Part shown: positions 1 to 12,745 of the stretch, in pieces
How the letters are laid out: every line of letters starts with the position of its first letter
Numbering within the stretch: position 1 is the stretch's first letter
Assembly (NCBI GenBank): GCA_951406725.2
Contig: OX597833.1
Coordinates: forward strand, 43,152,001-43,216,000
Origin: Octopus vulgaris
Taxonomy: Eukaryota
Length of the DNA: 64,000 nt
Direction: 5' to 3'
Program-made: the position numbers and the translations under genes
Notes under the pieces: generated by a model
Told to the model about the DNA's origin: nothing
The model's database searches: none
The model's input: the letters and a program-made list of their open reading frames with translations, nothing else

Positions 1-34
1 TAATAATAATAATGATAATATTAATAATAATTGA

Positions 35-846
35 GGGCAGAGAAAAAATGGAAAACAAAGGAAGAAGTACAAAAAGGACATGAAGAAGAATTACGCAAGA
101 AGGAATTACACAATCAATTTCATATAGCCACAACAAAGTTGCTGGAAAAAATTGGTGGGATTGGCCGATGAAAGAAACCCTAAAAAACAGGCCGGGTGCA
201 CTATACTGGCAGCGCAAGACCAAGCTTTGACCACGAACTGGAGAGTCAATTTTAGCAATGAGTAAGTGTCTCCGCTGTGCCACATCTGCAATAGAGTGAA
301 TAAATCCATTGACCATATCACAAACGAATGCCCTAGACTTGCCCCAAATGACTACAAGTTGTGGCTGGCGACACGACCAGGTAGCGAAAGTGCTCCATTG
401 GAAACTGTACGAAAAGTGGGGGCTAGAGAGAGGCAAGACGTAGTATGAGCACAACCGCAGAGAGTGGCGGAGTCGAAGACTAACAAAATCCTCTGGGATT
501 TCCTAATCCAAACAGATCATGTGCTAAGCCACAACATATCTGACCTAGTGGTGATAGAAAAGGTGCACCACACATGCTATATAGCTGATGTTGCATGCCC
601 CTTTGACCCCTCAAAAGTCAAGGAAGGAGAAAGATAGATATAACCCTCTTAAGTATGAAATAGTCTCGCTATGGAAAATGAAGATAGTGAAGTTAGTGCC
701 AATTATTGCTTTGGTCCTTGGGAGCAGTATCGGTTAGCAGCAAGAGGAATATAAAGGAAATTGGAATAGAGTGCCCAGTATAACTGTTACAAAAGGTTTA
801 CCTCCTTGGCATGGCTAGAATAATCAGGAAAGTATTAGACAGCTGA
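35..846 (+). mobile_element. Decayed 3' end of an R4/Dong-type non-LTR retrotransposon (CCHC knuckle plus restriction-like endonuclease)
   Basis: Across frameshifts and stops the translation reads ILAAQDQALTTN, CHICNRVNKSIDHITNECPRLA, RHDQVAKVLHWKL, KILWDFLIQTDH..HNISDLVVI..CYIADVACPFD, LLGMARIIRKVLDS* (stop 844-846). Preceded by (TAA)n, the known Dong-type target. Confidence 0.85.
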
Positions 847-919
847 AAAGAATGGATAGCATAGTATCGTAGGCTGCAGGTAGTAAGCTCGCTACGCATG
901 CAAGACTCCAGCAAATATT

Positions 920-1340
920 CTGCTAAATACCACAGATTTGCTTGTTAGTTAACCAGTTAAGCATGTCCCTTGGTGGCTGACGATATGAGCATCTCTGATC
1001 ACGAGCAGAAGTAGTGGGAAGCATCACAGCCATGTATTGAGAGGAATTCTTTGGGGTTTGAATAATTCACCTCTGGAAACGTGGGTGTTTCATTCATCAT
1101 GCTTAAACAAACCTTATTCAGGAATCTTTTGAGTGGGATGGGTTACTCGACCAAAAGAAAATTCTAACTGGGACCTACGTGCAAGATCATACGCTGTTTA
1201 TCTTGATATGAGATCATATGTCGTGTATATGTAGCTGTGACGTATGTGCCTGGTGTTCCCTTATCAGACGGGTTGTCCTGATGGGTATATTGGGCTTCGT
1301 ATATTTGTACCCCAGTGCCACTTTGATGGCACGCGCCATC
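920..1340. repeat. Unclassified interspersed repeat or retroposon UTR abutting an (AAT)n array
   Basis: Balanced-GC block between the LINE remnant and the (AAT)n array, with no ORF; resembles a multicopy octopus repeat from memory only. Confidence 0.3.
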
Positions 1341-1556
<216 letters not shown>

Positions 1557-1878
1557 GACGATTTCTATTATAATAGTTGTAGTAATAACAAACAACTGTA
1601 ACAATCACAACAGTAATAATATAATAAGCATTTGTAAAATATAACAGCCATAGATTAGGAGATTAGAAAATAGAAGCGAGGCTAAAGGGGATGACTTAAC
1701 ATGCATCTGGTAATTATTATGTATAAAATTAAAATAAATGAACAAAGCTGGTTGGTTTTAAGTCTTAAAATATAATATAAATTCAGACAAGTATTTATTT
1801 CCATTTTGATGAAATAATTATTCTACTGTTTGTTCCATTATTATAGTCATTGTTTCATACACACACATATACTGATAC

Positions 1879-1914
<36 letters not shown>

Positions 1915-1996
1915 TAAACCACGCATATCTATCTATATGAATATGTATATATATATGTATATACTTTATTTAAAGCAGCAGAAAATTCAACAAAAC

Positions 1997-2034
1997 CTGT
2001 TACTCTGAGTTTCCCGTTGCCGTTCATCGGACAG
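1997..2034 (-). ncRNA. Minimal type-I hammerhead ribozyme motif (PLE-type)
   Basis: Minus strand: CUGU-CCGAUGA-a CG GCAA CG g-GAAA-CUCAGAG-UA-ACAG. Stem I CUGU/ACAG, GNRA-capped stem II, near-palindromic stem III. Confidence 0.7.
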
Positions 2035-2041
2035 AAAAAGA

Positions 2042-2081
<40 letters not shown>

Positions 2082-2094
2082 GTGTGTGTATCTA

Positions 2095-2173
<79 letters not shown>

Positions 2174-2285
2174 TACATATATATATATATATATATACAG
2201 AGGACCTGTATGTATGGAAACATTTGTAGGGATTAAAAAGCTGCCTAACCGTACTTACTCTTTCTTTTGACTCTTACTTATTTCT

Positions 2286-2600
2286 GAGGGTGCATTGCTC
2301 AATGGTTTCAGCATCGGACTTACAATCGTGAGATTGTGACTTCGCTTCTCGGGCCTGGCAGTGTGTTGTGATTTTGAGCAGGACACTTTTTATTTGAGAT
2401 TGCTACACCTCACTCAACTGTGACTGGTGCCAAGCTGTATCGGCCTTTGTCTTTCCCTTGAACACCACTGGCGACATAGAAAGGGGGAAACTGGTATGCA
2501 TGGGTGACTGCTAGTCTTCCACAAACAAGCTTGCCTTGGAAGGGAACTTTCTAATTGCATTCCCATAGTCATTCGTGACTGAAAGGGGTCGTTACCCCTT
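2286..2600 (+). mobile_element. tRNA-derived SINE, family C (decayed)
   Basis: Degenerate A/B-box head, then gtgttgtgattttgagcaggacacttt; body matches the reverse complement of 41733-42042. Confidence 0.75.
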
Positions 2601-2967
2601 ATATCTGTCAATCTCTCTAATTATCTATATATTTATCTTTCTTTCATTCTTTCCTTCTATTTATCTATCTGTCATTCTATCTAGAAGAAGATCCAAAACA
2701 ACAACATAAGTAACAAGTTTCAAGCCTGGTATGAAATGCAAAGGCTGTGGGTACTTAACCTGTTTTTCGAACTCAAATATACAAATGAAAAGTAAAGAAA
2801 AATGTCATGTAAACATGATCGTTTAGATTATCTGTGAAATTATTTAAAATATAATAAATGGAATAATTGGTATCCCAGTCTTGGATTTTTAATCAACTAG
2901 CCTTAAATTATTACGGAACATAGAGCGACTATCAAATTATTAAATGAAGACGATATACATTACAGCA

Positions 2968-3362
2968 AATTATTTTCACAAACGTCCCAACTAAATGTTT
3001 ATATAACATGAAGCTGATATTTCGGCAATAAATTGCTCGATTCAAAGCTTAGGGAAGAATAACGGCAGCAGAGAAATACAGTGAGACAACAGATGGTTTG
3101 AAGATTTCTGATACATAGCATGGCATTATCGTGACTCGTTAATACTTCTTTGTAGAAAGCTTCGAGAGAAGCGGAACGACTTGCTTATGCATAAGTAACA
3201 GCTGAGAAATGACTTGACGGTAGAGAAAAAGCTCTGAGAACATCTGATGTTTTATTTTTCTTTGGTTGATTTCTAAGCTTTGAATAGGGCATCGTAATAC
3301 CGAAATATCAGCTTCATGCTATTTAGCAATTTATTTGCTGAGATGATGTGAATAAATTATTT
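2968..3362. mobile_element. Old MITE-like element with ~85-bp imperfect inverted arms
   Basis: catgaagctgatatttcgg...attcaaagcttag (2968-3052) is the reverse complement of ctaagctttgaat...ccgaaatatcagcttcatg (3272-3362). Confidence 0.6.
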
Positions 3363-5177
3363 TAATGCGCTGCATGGGGTTTCTTTTATTCATTTCTCAA
3401 CATACACTGTTGTTATTAGTTGTGACTTAAACCAAGATCAAATCCCATTGAACAGGCTTAAAACCAAAAGCGTTGCAAGCTTCATCAGCTTATATGCTTT
3501 TTCAGGATATAGAGTGGGATTTGAGGGAGATTAAGCTGCTATGTCAAGCATGTAAGTCGTAAAAATCAATCTCTGATGCAAAAATTCTTGATGAAGACGC
3601 CGGCGATCCCCATGGCGGTGTGATAATGTTGATGGTGATTATTTTGATAGTGATGATGATGACGACGACACGACTACGATGACGACGATGATAGTGGCAC
3701 CTACACCAGATAAACCCAAATATAGTAGGTCTTTTGTTTCTAGTATGTTTGATTTTTTTTTTGTTTTAGTTGTTATTCTTGTGTAGATGAAGGCCTCTAG
3801 TCAAAGAATTTCTTTTCTTGCTTTTCTCTGTTTTATTTCTTACTTCGCAATGAAATTTAAAATACCGTTACAATTTCGAATATGTCTGGCACATTTTAAG
3901 AAAATGGGCTTATATATGTGGGAGATTTCACTGTTATTTCTTGCATGTCGAGCGATCTAGTAGACGCTCCTTCCTTGACTCGATTTCACGGCGCTTTAAA
4001 TAAAAAGAAAAGCACTATGGGTTCAAATGATTTTTAAGTTTTCAAATTGGATATTGTAGACAATTATTCAATCAAACTATTTTTATAGATAAATTTCCTT
4101 CGTTTTATTTAGTGAGCTTTTTTTCTTCTTTTTCGTGGTTTCTTCTAGCGCTTCCCTGTAAGAGCTCATCTGTATATTCAGGTGGAAAGAACTTTGGAAT
4201 AAAGGGAAACATCAAATCTAGGCGTTTACTACGCGGTAGACTGCACGCAGAGTGGTTGCTGTATTTACACGATAGGTTCAAATAACTGACAAGATAAGTA
4301 GGAGCTTGGTTGCTTCCTGCATATTTGTACATCTTCCACTCTTTCTAACTCAACCATGCTTTACCTCTGGAATCTTTACATATGCATATACTTATATACT
4401 TATACATAAATGCATATATATGAGTGTGCGTGTATGTGTGTATGTGTGTGTGTGCACAAACACACATACATATATATACTTATACATATATGTGTGTATG
4501 TAAACTTGTCTGTATCCTTGTATATACATATGTGTATATGCACACACACACACACGCACACACACACACACATATATACATACATAATTTAATATATAAT
4601 ATATACACACACATAGATACACATACACACGTGTTTGCGTGTAGGAGGGTGATTAACTGCTATCATATGCACACTTATTTCTCTGCCATAGATATGTGTG
4701 TATATATTATGTTTGTGTGTGTGTGTGTATGTGTGTGCTATGTGTGTATGTATGCATATATGAATGTATATATGCAATATGCGTATATATAAGTGTGCGT
4801 TTGTATGTATAGAGATGGAGTCCGAGAGAGGGAGGAACAAGCAGAGAAAGTAAGCTGGTAAGAATAAAATCAAGAAATGATTTAAAATAAGGTAAGGAGG
4901 GGGTGGACGTGGAGAAAATATATTGCAGTAGAGTATGATCCTTAACGGAGGGAGTAAGGAGGAATAGGTAGGTAATGGGCGAGGAGTGGGTGGTGGTGGT
5001 GGTGGTGGCAAAGTGAAGTGAATAATTCTTTGCTGAGTAAGGAAAGCGTAGGAGGTGAAAAACTAATTAACAGGATTAGATTAGATATGTGTGTATATGC
5101 ATGCATGTGTATGTGACTGTGTGAGTACTAGTCTATGTATATATGTATGTATATATATATGTAAGTATATGTGTACG

Positions 5178-5235
<58 letters not shown>

Positions 5236-6026
5236 CATACATATATACATACATATATACATACACTAGTACTCACAGTCACATAGACACACACATATAT
5301 ATATATACATATACATACATATATATATATACGCATACACAAACATTAGAGACACACATATATACAAACATGCCCACAAACACATACACACACATGCACG
5401 CATACGTACACACACATACACACAAGTACACATACTCTCACACACTCACTCACATATACACACACGCGCACGCACACGCACACACACACACAAACACACA
5501 CATATATATATAGAGAGAGAGAGAGAGATGGCTGGATACGGATGCCTGCATGCATGTATGTATATCAGGATCTTTCAACAAGAAAACGTGGAGGTTCCAA
5601 GCAGTGATTAAAAAAATATTTTCATAACGATTTATGATTTCTAGCAAGGCCAGTAAGAGCAACAACAACACTTTAGCATCTATAAGAAAAGTATTATTAG
5701 AAATAATATTTCTGCCGATAAATAACGCTAGACTCGCTAGTTAGGGCTCGTGTCGTTTATTTATGGTCCTTTTTCAATCTGGGTTGAAAAACCTACTGAG
5801 ATCATTGTTGCTTTTTTTATCTTCCATGTGACGATTGGAATAAGGGCCCTGCGTTGTATGTATTTAGGGGTTGAATCAATCGATTATATCCCCCTGAACT
5901 GTCATCAAAAGTATGTGATCTTGCGCTTTTTTTTTTTAGAAAATTATGTTTCATTGCGTAAAATGGTTTCCGAATTTGTTCTTGTCCTTAAATATGACTT
6001 TGTTGGTTTCGGAAAAGCTACTTTTG

Positions 6027-6062
6027 TGATGGTGATGATGATGATGATGATGATGATGATAA

Positions 6063-6096
<34 letters not shown>

Positions 6097-6110
6097 GGTG
6101 ATGATGGTGG

Positions 6111-6156
<46 letters not shown>

Positions 6157-6333
6157 GGTGGTGTGGTGACGGTTGAGATGATAATGATGGTGATGATGAT
6201 GCTGATGCTGATGATGAGATTATGATAATGATGATGATGATGATGGTGGTGTGGTGACGGTTGAGATGATAATGATGATGATGATGATATTCTGATGGTG
6301 GTAGAGTGGTGACGGTTGAGATGATAATGATGG

Positions 6334-6388
<55 letters not shown>

Positions 6389-6468
6389 ATTCTGATGGTG
6401 GTGGTGTGGTGACGGTTGAGATGATAATAACGGTGATGATGGCAATGGCATGATGATAGTGGTAATAA

Positions 6469-6501
<33 letters not shown>

Positions 6502-6660
6502 GTGATGTCATGATGATGAAGACAACAACGATGATGATGATGGTAACGATAATGACAACGACGACGACAATAACAATGACAATGATGATGATGATGATGA
6601 TGATACCGACGGCGGCGGCGGTGATGACGGTGACGAAAATGATGGTTATGATGATGATAG
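6027..6660. repeat. (GAT)n/(GGT)n array with embedded higher-order unit
   Basis: Directly visible; gtggtgacggttgagatgataat recurs four times. Confidence 0.95.
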
Positions 6661-7524
6661 ATGGCAGTAAAAACGGTAGCGACGACGCCAACACGATGGT
6701 GAAAATATGAGAGCTACCATTCGCAAAAACTGCGCAGAATCCAAAGATGATAGAAGTGTAAGCACTTTCATCGATCTCAGAAGAATCGACCCGTATAAAG
6801 AAATAGTCAATAGGCGTTGTTGGTTCTTTGTACTTCGACCGTGATGTCTTTCGTACAGGGCTGTTTCTAATCTATCTCCTAACTCGGCTGTAACTTACAG
6901 TTTTGCTGAATCTGATTCTTCACAAAATCTAAGCGATCCTAATCTAATTTCCTCATTTAAGACCACCCATCGTTTATTTGTTATGACTATCCCACCACCG
7001 TCTTATCCCGCTTAACTAGTTTCCCATCCGAACACCGAAGGCGTTCCGCGCTGGAGAAGCTGAAACTTAGCTTCCTGTAGGCAAGCTAACTGCCTAGAAG
7101 AGCTATCTATAAGTTGACCTTACAGATAACAAATCTGTGTTGTGTGTTTAGAGAACTATAGGAAAATATGGACAGTGTATACAATACTTTTCCATTAATT
7201 TGATAAATATCATATCTCTTATACGATCTGGGGGCACACTGCAATTTCGCGCTCATACACACACACACACACACAGTGACATATAGATACACACACATAC
7301 AGAGTGACTAATAGATACACATACGTACCCAAAAATACACACAAATATGTACATACACGCATATATAACGATGTATGTGTGTGTGTTGCTTGTGCGTGTA
7401 TATGTGTTACTTTTCCAAAGTAAACATAAGACTTATAAAGAAATTATGAAAAATCACTAATAAATAGATTAAACTAGAACACATTGGTGTCTTCAATACA
7501 TGTTGAAAGAAAAATTGCTCTTAT

Positions 7525-7810
<286 letters not shown>

Positions 7811-8140
7811 ATAAACGTGTGCAAAAGTGGGTGTGCATGTGCGCACGCGTGTGTGTATGTGTGTTACATATATATATGTGTGTGGGTATGTGTGTGAGTG
7901 TGTATGTATATATGTAGCCAATTCAAATAAACGAATAAGATTAACAAGAGGACGTGCACAAGGAATGTACCAGCTTGACGTTCGGTGGAAAGATTTTATA
8001 AATCATATATTAGCGCTTATGCAAGCGCTAATATATGATTTATTAAAGCATGTGGTATATTAATAAAAATCTGTAAATGTACAACCATCTAGATTTCTGA
8101 GTACCTTATTTTTTCTAATATATATATATATATATATATA

Positions 8141-8565
8141 AAGTTAATCCAAACATGAAAGCACAAAAAAACACAACGCGAGGACGTGGCTGTGTGGTAA
8201 GGAGCTTGCTTCCCAACGAGGTGGCTCCAGGTTCTGTCCCACTGCGTGTCATCTTGGGCAAGGGTCTTCTACAATAGCCTCGTGTTATATGTATCCTTTA
8301 TCATTTACCAATTTTATAATTTATTTGTTTTAGCCATTTGATTGCGGCGATGCTGGGGTAGTCCTCCACCACTACTTGACAACCGGTGTTGGTATGTTTA
8401 CGTCTCGTAACTTTTTAGTTCAGCAAAAGAAACCGATAGAATAAATACCAGACTAGTATTATTGGACGCTCAGGAAAGAAGGAAAAAAGGAGGGTTTAAC
8501 GTTTCGAGCGGAGCTCTTCGTCGGAAACATAGGAGAAGGAAAGATCCAGAGAAGGGAAGACAGAG
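8141..8565 (-). mobile_element. PLE pseudo-LTR fragment interrupted by a copied SINE segment (8187-8453)
   Basis: 8141-8189 plus 8455-8565 match the uninterrupted copy at 40043-40222; carries a hammerhead motif; flanked by (TA)n. Confidence 0.7.
8494..8528 (-). ncRNA. Minimal type-I hammerhead ribozyme motif
   Basis: Minus strand: GUUU-CCGACGA-a GAGC UCC GCUC-GAA-ACGU-U-AAAC. Stem III is reduced to the palindrome ACGU. Confidence 0.7.
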
Positions 8566-8907
8566 GTGGTGGATACATACGCTATGAAACCGGGAAACCG
8601 GCCCTTATGAGTCAGTATAACTCGAGAAGGTAACTTTACCATTTTTTTACTTCTTGTTTACACCAGTAATTTAATGTTCGACCTCGTTGCCTAGAAATTG
8701 CTAAATATGTAAACTGATCCATCCAGTTTATTTTCACTCTTAATATGAGTTTATAAGTAGTGTGTTGTGGATAGGTGGAAATGGTACACAGTTGCTGACA
8801 ACTTCTAGTAAGAATCGTAACTCACGTGCATCTGTTCCACACACATTCTGGCTCAGTTGTTCAGTACTCAATCATCGTAACCAACAGTTTAGTTAAAATC
8901 CTGTGAA

Positions 8908-9245
8908 GGCGCGTGGCTTAGTGGTTAGGGTCATTCGGCTCATGATCGTAAGGTCGTGAGTTCGATTCCCGGCAACGCGTTGTGTCCTTGAGCAAGACAC
9001 TTTATTTCACGTTGCTCCAGTCCACTCAGCTGGTAAAAAAAATGAGTAGTACCTGTATTTCAAAGGGCCAGCCTTGACACACACTGTGTCACGCTGAATC
9101 TCCCCGAGAACTACGTTAAGGGCACACGTGTTTGTGGAGTGCTCAGCCACTTACAAGTTAATTTCACATGCAAGTTTTTCCGTTGATCGTATCAGCTGGG
9201 ACCCTCGTCGTCGTAACCCACGGAGTGCTCCTATGAAAAAAAAAA
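8908..9245 (+). mobile_element. tRNA-derived SINE, family C-type head, near full length
   Basis: A box tggcttagtgg, B box gagttcgattccc, gttgtgtccttgagcaagacactt body, A-rich tail; degenerate TSD gttaaaatcctgtga/gttaacatcctattga. Confidence 0.88.
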
Positions 9246-10534
9246 GGTTAACATCCTATTGATATGTTGTATAGTACATCATAGCAATTCAGCTGTTAAC
9301 TCGAAGTTACTTTCAACATTTATGGCACAGATCATATGCTTGTGAATGAATTTTTGATGAGTATTTTGCTATTAATAAAGATTCCTCAGACAATTCTTTT
9401 TTTTTTTTTATATTTTGCATCATTCTATATAGAGAAATTCTCTTATCAGCTAATGATCTTTTTTGCCTAACTTTGGTTTGTCATGTACTCAAAACAAAAA
9501 CTAGGGTGAAAAACATTGCTAGACAACACGAACATCCTAAATAGTATTCTACCGAGAAACTAGATAATTAGCACTAGCAGGTTTATGAACGTATTGACTT
9601 GACTTTCCTTCGAGACGAGATAAATTCTTGAGTGACGAATAGGGGCATGAGTGACGAAGTGGGGCAAGGTAGTTGCTTCAGGAAATATCCCAAGCACAGT
9701 AAAGGTGGCTAAGTTACTGTCTTTGCAATACAGCCGATAAATGCAGGCGTGGCTCTGTGGTAAGGAGCTTGCTTCTAGGTTCAGTCCCACTGCGTGGGTT
9801 TATTAACGTGGTGTAAGCTACGAAAAGTAAACTTTGTGAAATCGCCTTTTCATTCACTTCACAACACAGCACATACTTGGTAAATCGAATCCAAAACTAT
9901 CTCTTTTCACTCCACCAAGCTCTCCACCAGGCACACATTTATGCCAAATGCGCAAACAGTTTGGGTCACTCACTGATACAGCTACAAGTATTGAAAATCT
10001 TTCTATCACCTTCAACTATCCAGCCGAATCCTCTTAATCCTCTTGTCTTGATTTTCCCCTTCTGTTATCCATTTACAGCTTGATGCACCGGGTCATTTGT
10101 AAATTAAATATATTGTGCAGAAACCTGAAATATCGGCAGTGAAAGGATATGAGCCAATGAGTTGGCTGTCGCTCCGTTACCCTAACGATTCGACAATCTG
10201 CAATTTCATTGCTACATATATCAAGCCATAAATATGTACCATACAAAGGCAGATCAATTATTTTATATAGATAACATATGGAGTTAGATTAGGCACAGTT
10301 TTTTCTTTCTGTGATGAGAAAACATTGTTGGATAGTGTTAAATGATATATATTCTTTCTGCTTTAGATATGATAGTACAGAGTTATGTATTCTTTTTCAT
10401 GGTGGCTGGCGTGGAACTATAGTTTCTTTTTTTAACATTTCTATAATTCTATTATTCAACAAGTGTTTGGTCAGAAAGTGGGCGTTTGTACTTCACTGAA
10501 AAGATCTGGTTGGCCTTTTCCATCGTCTATCTTT

Positions 10535-10903
10535 TAACATTTATCTTTTCCTTGTTTTGTCCATTAGATTGCGGCCATACTGGGGCACTGCCTCGAAGAA
10601 TGTTTTTTACTCAAATGAATCAGCCGCACTACTTATATTTTTTAAGTCTGGTATTTATTCTATCGGTTTCTTTTGCTGAACTAAAAAGTTACGAGACGTA
10701 AACACACCAACACCGGTTGTCAAGTAGTGGTGGAGGACTACCCCAGCATCGCCGCAATCAAATGGCTGAAACAAATAAATGATAAAGGATACATATAGCC
10801 CGAGGCTATTGTAGAAGACACTTGCCCAAGGTGACACGCAGTGGGACAGAACCTGAAGTCACCTCGTTAGGAAGCAAGCTCCTTACCACAGAGCCACGCC
10901 TGC
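10535..10903 (-). mobile_element. SINE family A (CORE-like), internally rearranged
   Basis: Reverse complement of the family A head (gcaggcgtggctctgtggtaag..caccttgggcaagtgtcttc) and tail; a second, inverted tail segment sits at ~10740-10790. Confidence 0.8.
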
Positions 10904-11350
10904 ATTTGTCGGCTGTATTGCAAAGACAGTAACTTAGCCACCTCTACTGTGCTAGGGATGTTTTCTGAAGCAACTACCTTGCCCCACCTCGTCATTCATG
11001 GATTCGTCACTCATGCCCCACTTCGTCAGTCAAGGATTCGTCTCAAAGGTAAGTCAAATCAATACGTTCACAGGATTTATGTAGCCGCAGGCATGTGCAA
11101 GATATTGGTTCAATACAACCGTACATATTTGCCTCTCGGTCCCTCCCTCCAGAATTTTTGTAGAGGTTTAATCCCTTACCATGGACAGATCTAATGCCAG
11201 CGAAACATGTCCATGACAGAGTCAAATTAATATTCGACATTTGCTTTTCTCTTACCAAATCCACTCACAAGTCTTTGGTCGGCCCAACGGTATAGAAGAA
11301 GACACTTGCACAAGGAACTCGGAACTATGTGGTTGGGACGCAAACTTCTT

Positions 11351-11770
11351 ATTTCTTTATTGCCCACAAGGGGCTAAACATAGAGTGGACAAACAAGGAG
11401 AGGCAAAGGGATTAAGTCGATTACATCGACCCCAGTGCGTAACTGGTACTTAATTTATCGACCCCGAAAGGATGAAAGGCAAAATCGACCTCGGCGGAAT
11501 TTGAACTCAAAATGTAACAGCAGACGAAATACCTATTTCTTTACTAACCACAAGGGCCTAAACACAGAGAAGACAAATAAGGACTGACAAACAGATTAAG
11601 CCGATTATATCGACTTCAGTGCGTAACTGGTACTTAATTTATCGACCCCGAAAGGATGAAAGACAAAGTCGACTTCGGCGGAATTTGAACTCAGAACGTA
11701 ACGGCAGACGAAATACGGCTACGCATTTCGCGCATTTCGCCCGGCGCGCTAACGTTTCTGCCAGCTCGCC
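11351..11770 (-). mobile_element. SINE family B (Meta-like central domain), with duplicated 3' portion, nested in a family A SINE
   Basis: Two tandem copies of tatttctttaYt..atcgaccccgaaaggatgaaag..gaatttgaactca; TSD gcaaacttctta at 11340-11351 and 11771-11782. Confidence 0.9.
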
Positions 11771-12059
11771 GCAAACTTCTTACCACACAACCATATAATT
11801 ACCAATAAAACATATATGTATAATTTTATTAACTAAAGATATTTAATCAGTGCTAAATAGGTAACGCGCGGAAGTAGAGTTCAACCCAGTCAGTAAACTG
11901 TAAAGGTAGAAGTAAAGAAAATGTAAATAGAGATGGTCCTGAAGCACCATATAGAAATACCATTTACCTAGTTATTACTCGTAGGTATCATGTTGAGATG
12001 GAGTCCACTTAGCTATAAATAGGTAATATGTAATTAAGTTATAGTACTCTATTTCGAAG

Positions 12060-12114
12060 TCGGTCTCTGTCTGTCTGTGTCTGTCGCGCTCTCTCTTTTC
12101 TGTCTGTCTGTCTG

Positions 12115-12147
<33 letters not shown>

Positions 12148-12152
12148 GTCTT

Positions 12153-12203
<51 letters not shown>

Positions 12204-12364
12204 TTCTCTCTCGCTCTCGACAAACCCACACTCAGACAAATAGACAGCTAGATAAATAGACAGACAGACAGACAGACAGACGGACAGACAAACAGAAAGA
12301 CAGACATATAGACAGACAGACATACAGACAGGCAGACAGGCAGACTGACAGACAGACAGATAGT

Positions 12365-12436
<72 letters not shown>

Positions 12437-12461
12437 CACACAGACAGACAGACTGATAGAC

Positions 12462-12520
<59 letters not shown>

Positions 12521-12561
12521 CACACAGACAGATAGACCGACAGACAGACATACAGACAGAC

Positions 12562-12625
<64 letters not shown>

Positions 12626-12653
12626 CGACAGACAGACAGACAGACAGACAGAC

Positions 12654-12745
<92 letters not shown>
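12060..12745. repeat. (TCTG)n/(TC)n followed by (GACA)n/(GATA)n tetranucleotide arrays
   Basis: Directly visible in the sequence. Confidence 0.96.

Noticed and set aside
4115-4290. Strong splice acceptor at ~4148 followed by a 44-codon open frame or a 9-nt micro-exon
   Set aside because: No recognisable protein similarity and no partner exon; cannot be supported from sequence alone.
8908-8975. tRNA-like A/B-box sequences here and at 16808, 41295 and 60358
   Set aside because: They are SINE heads that continue into SINE bodies, with no complete cloverleaf.
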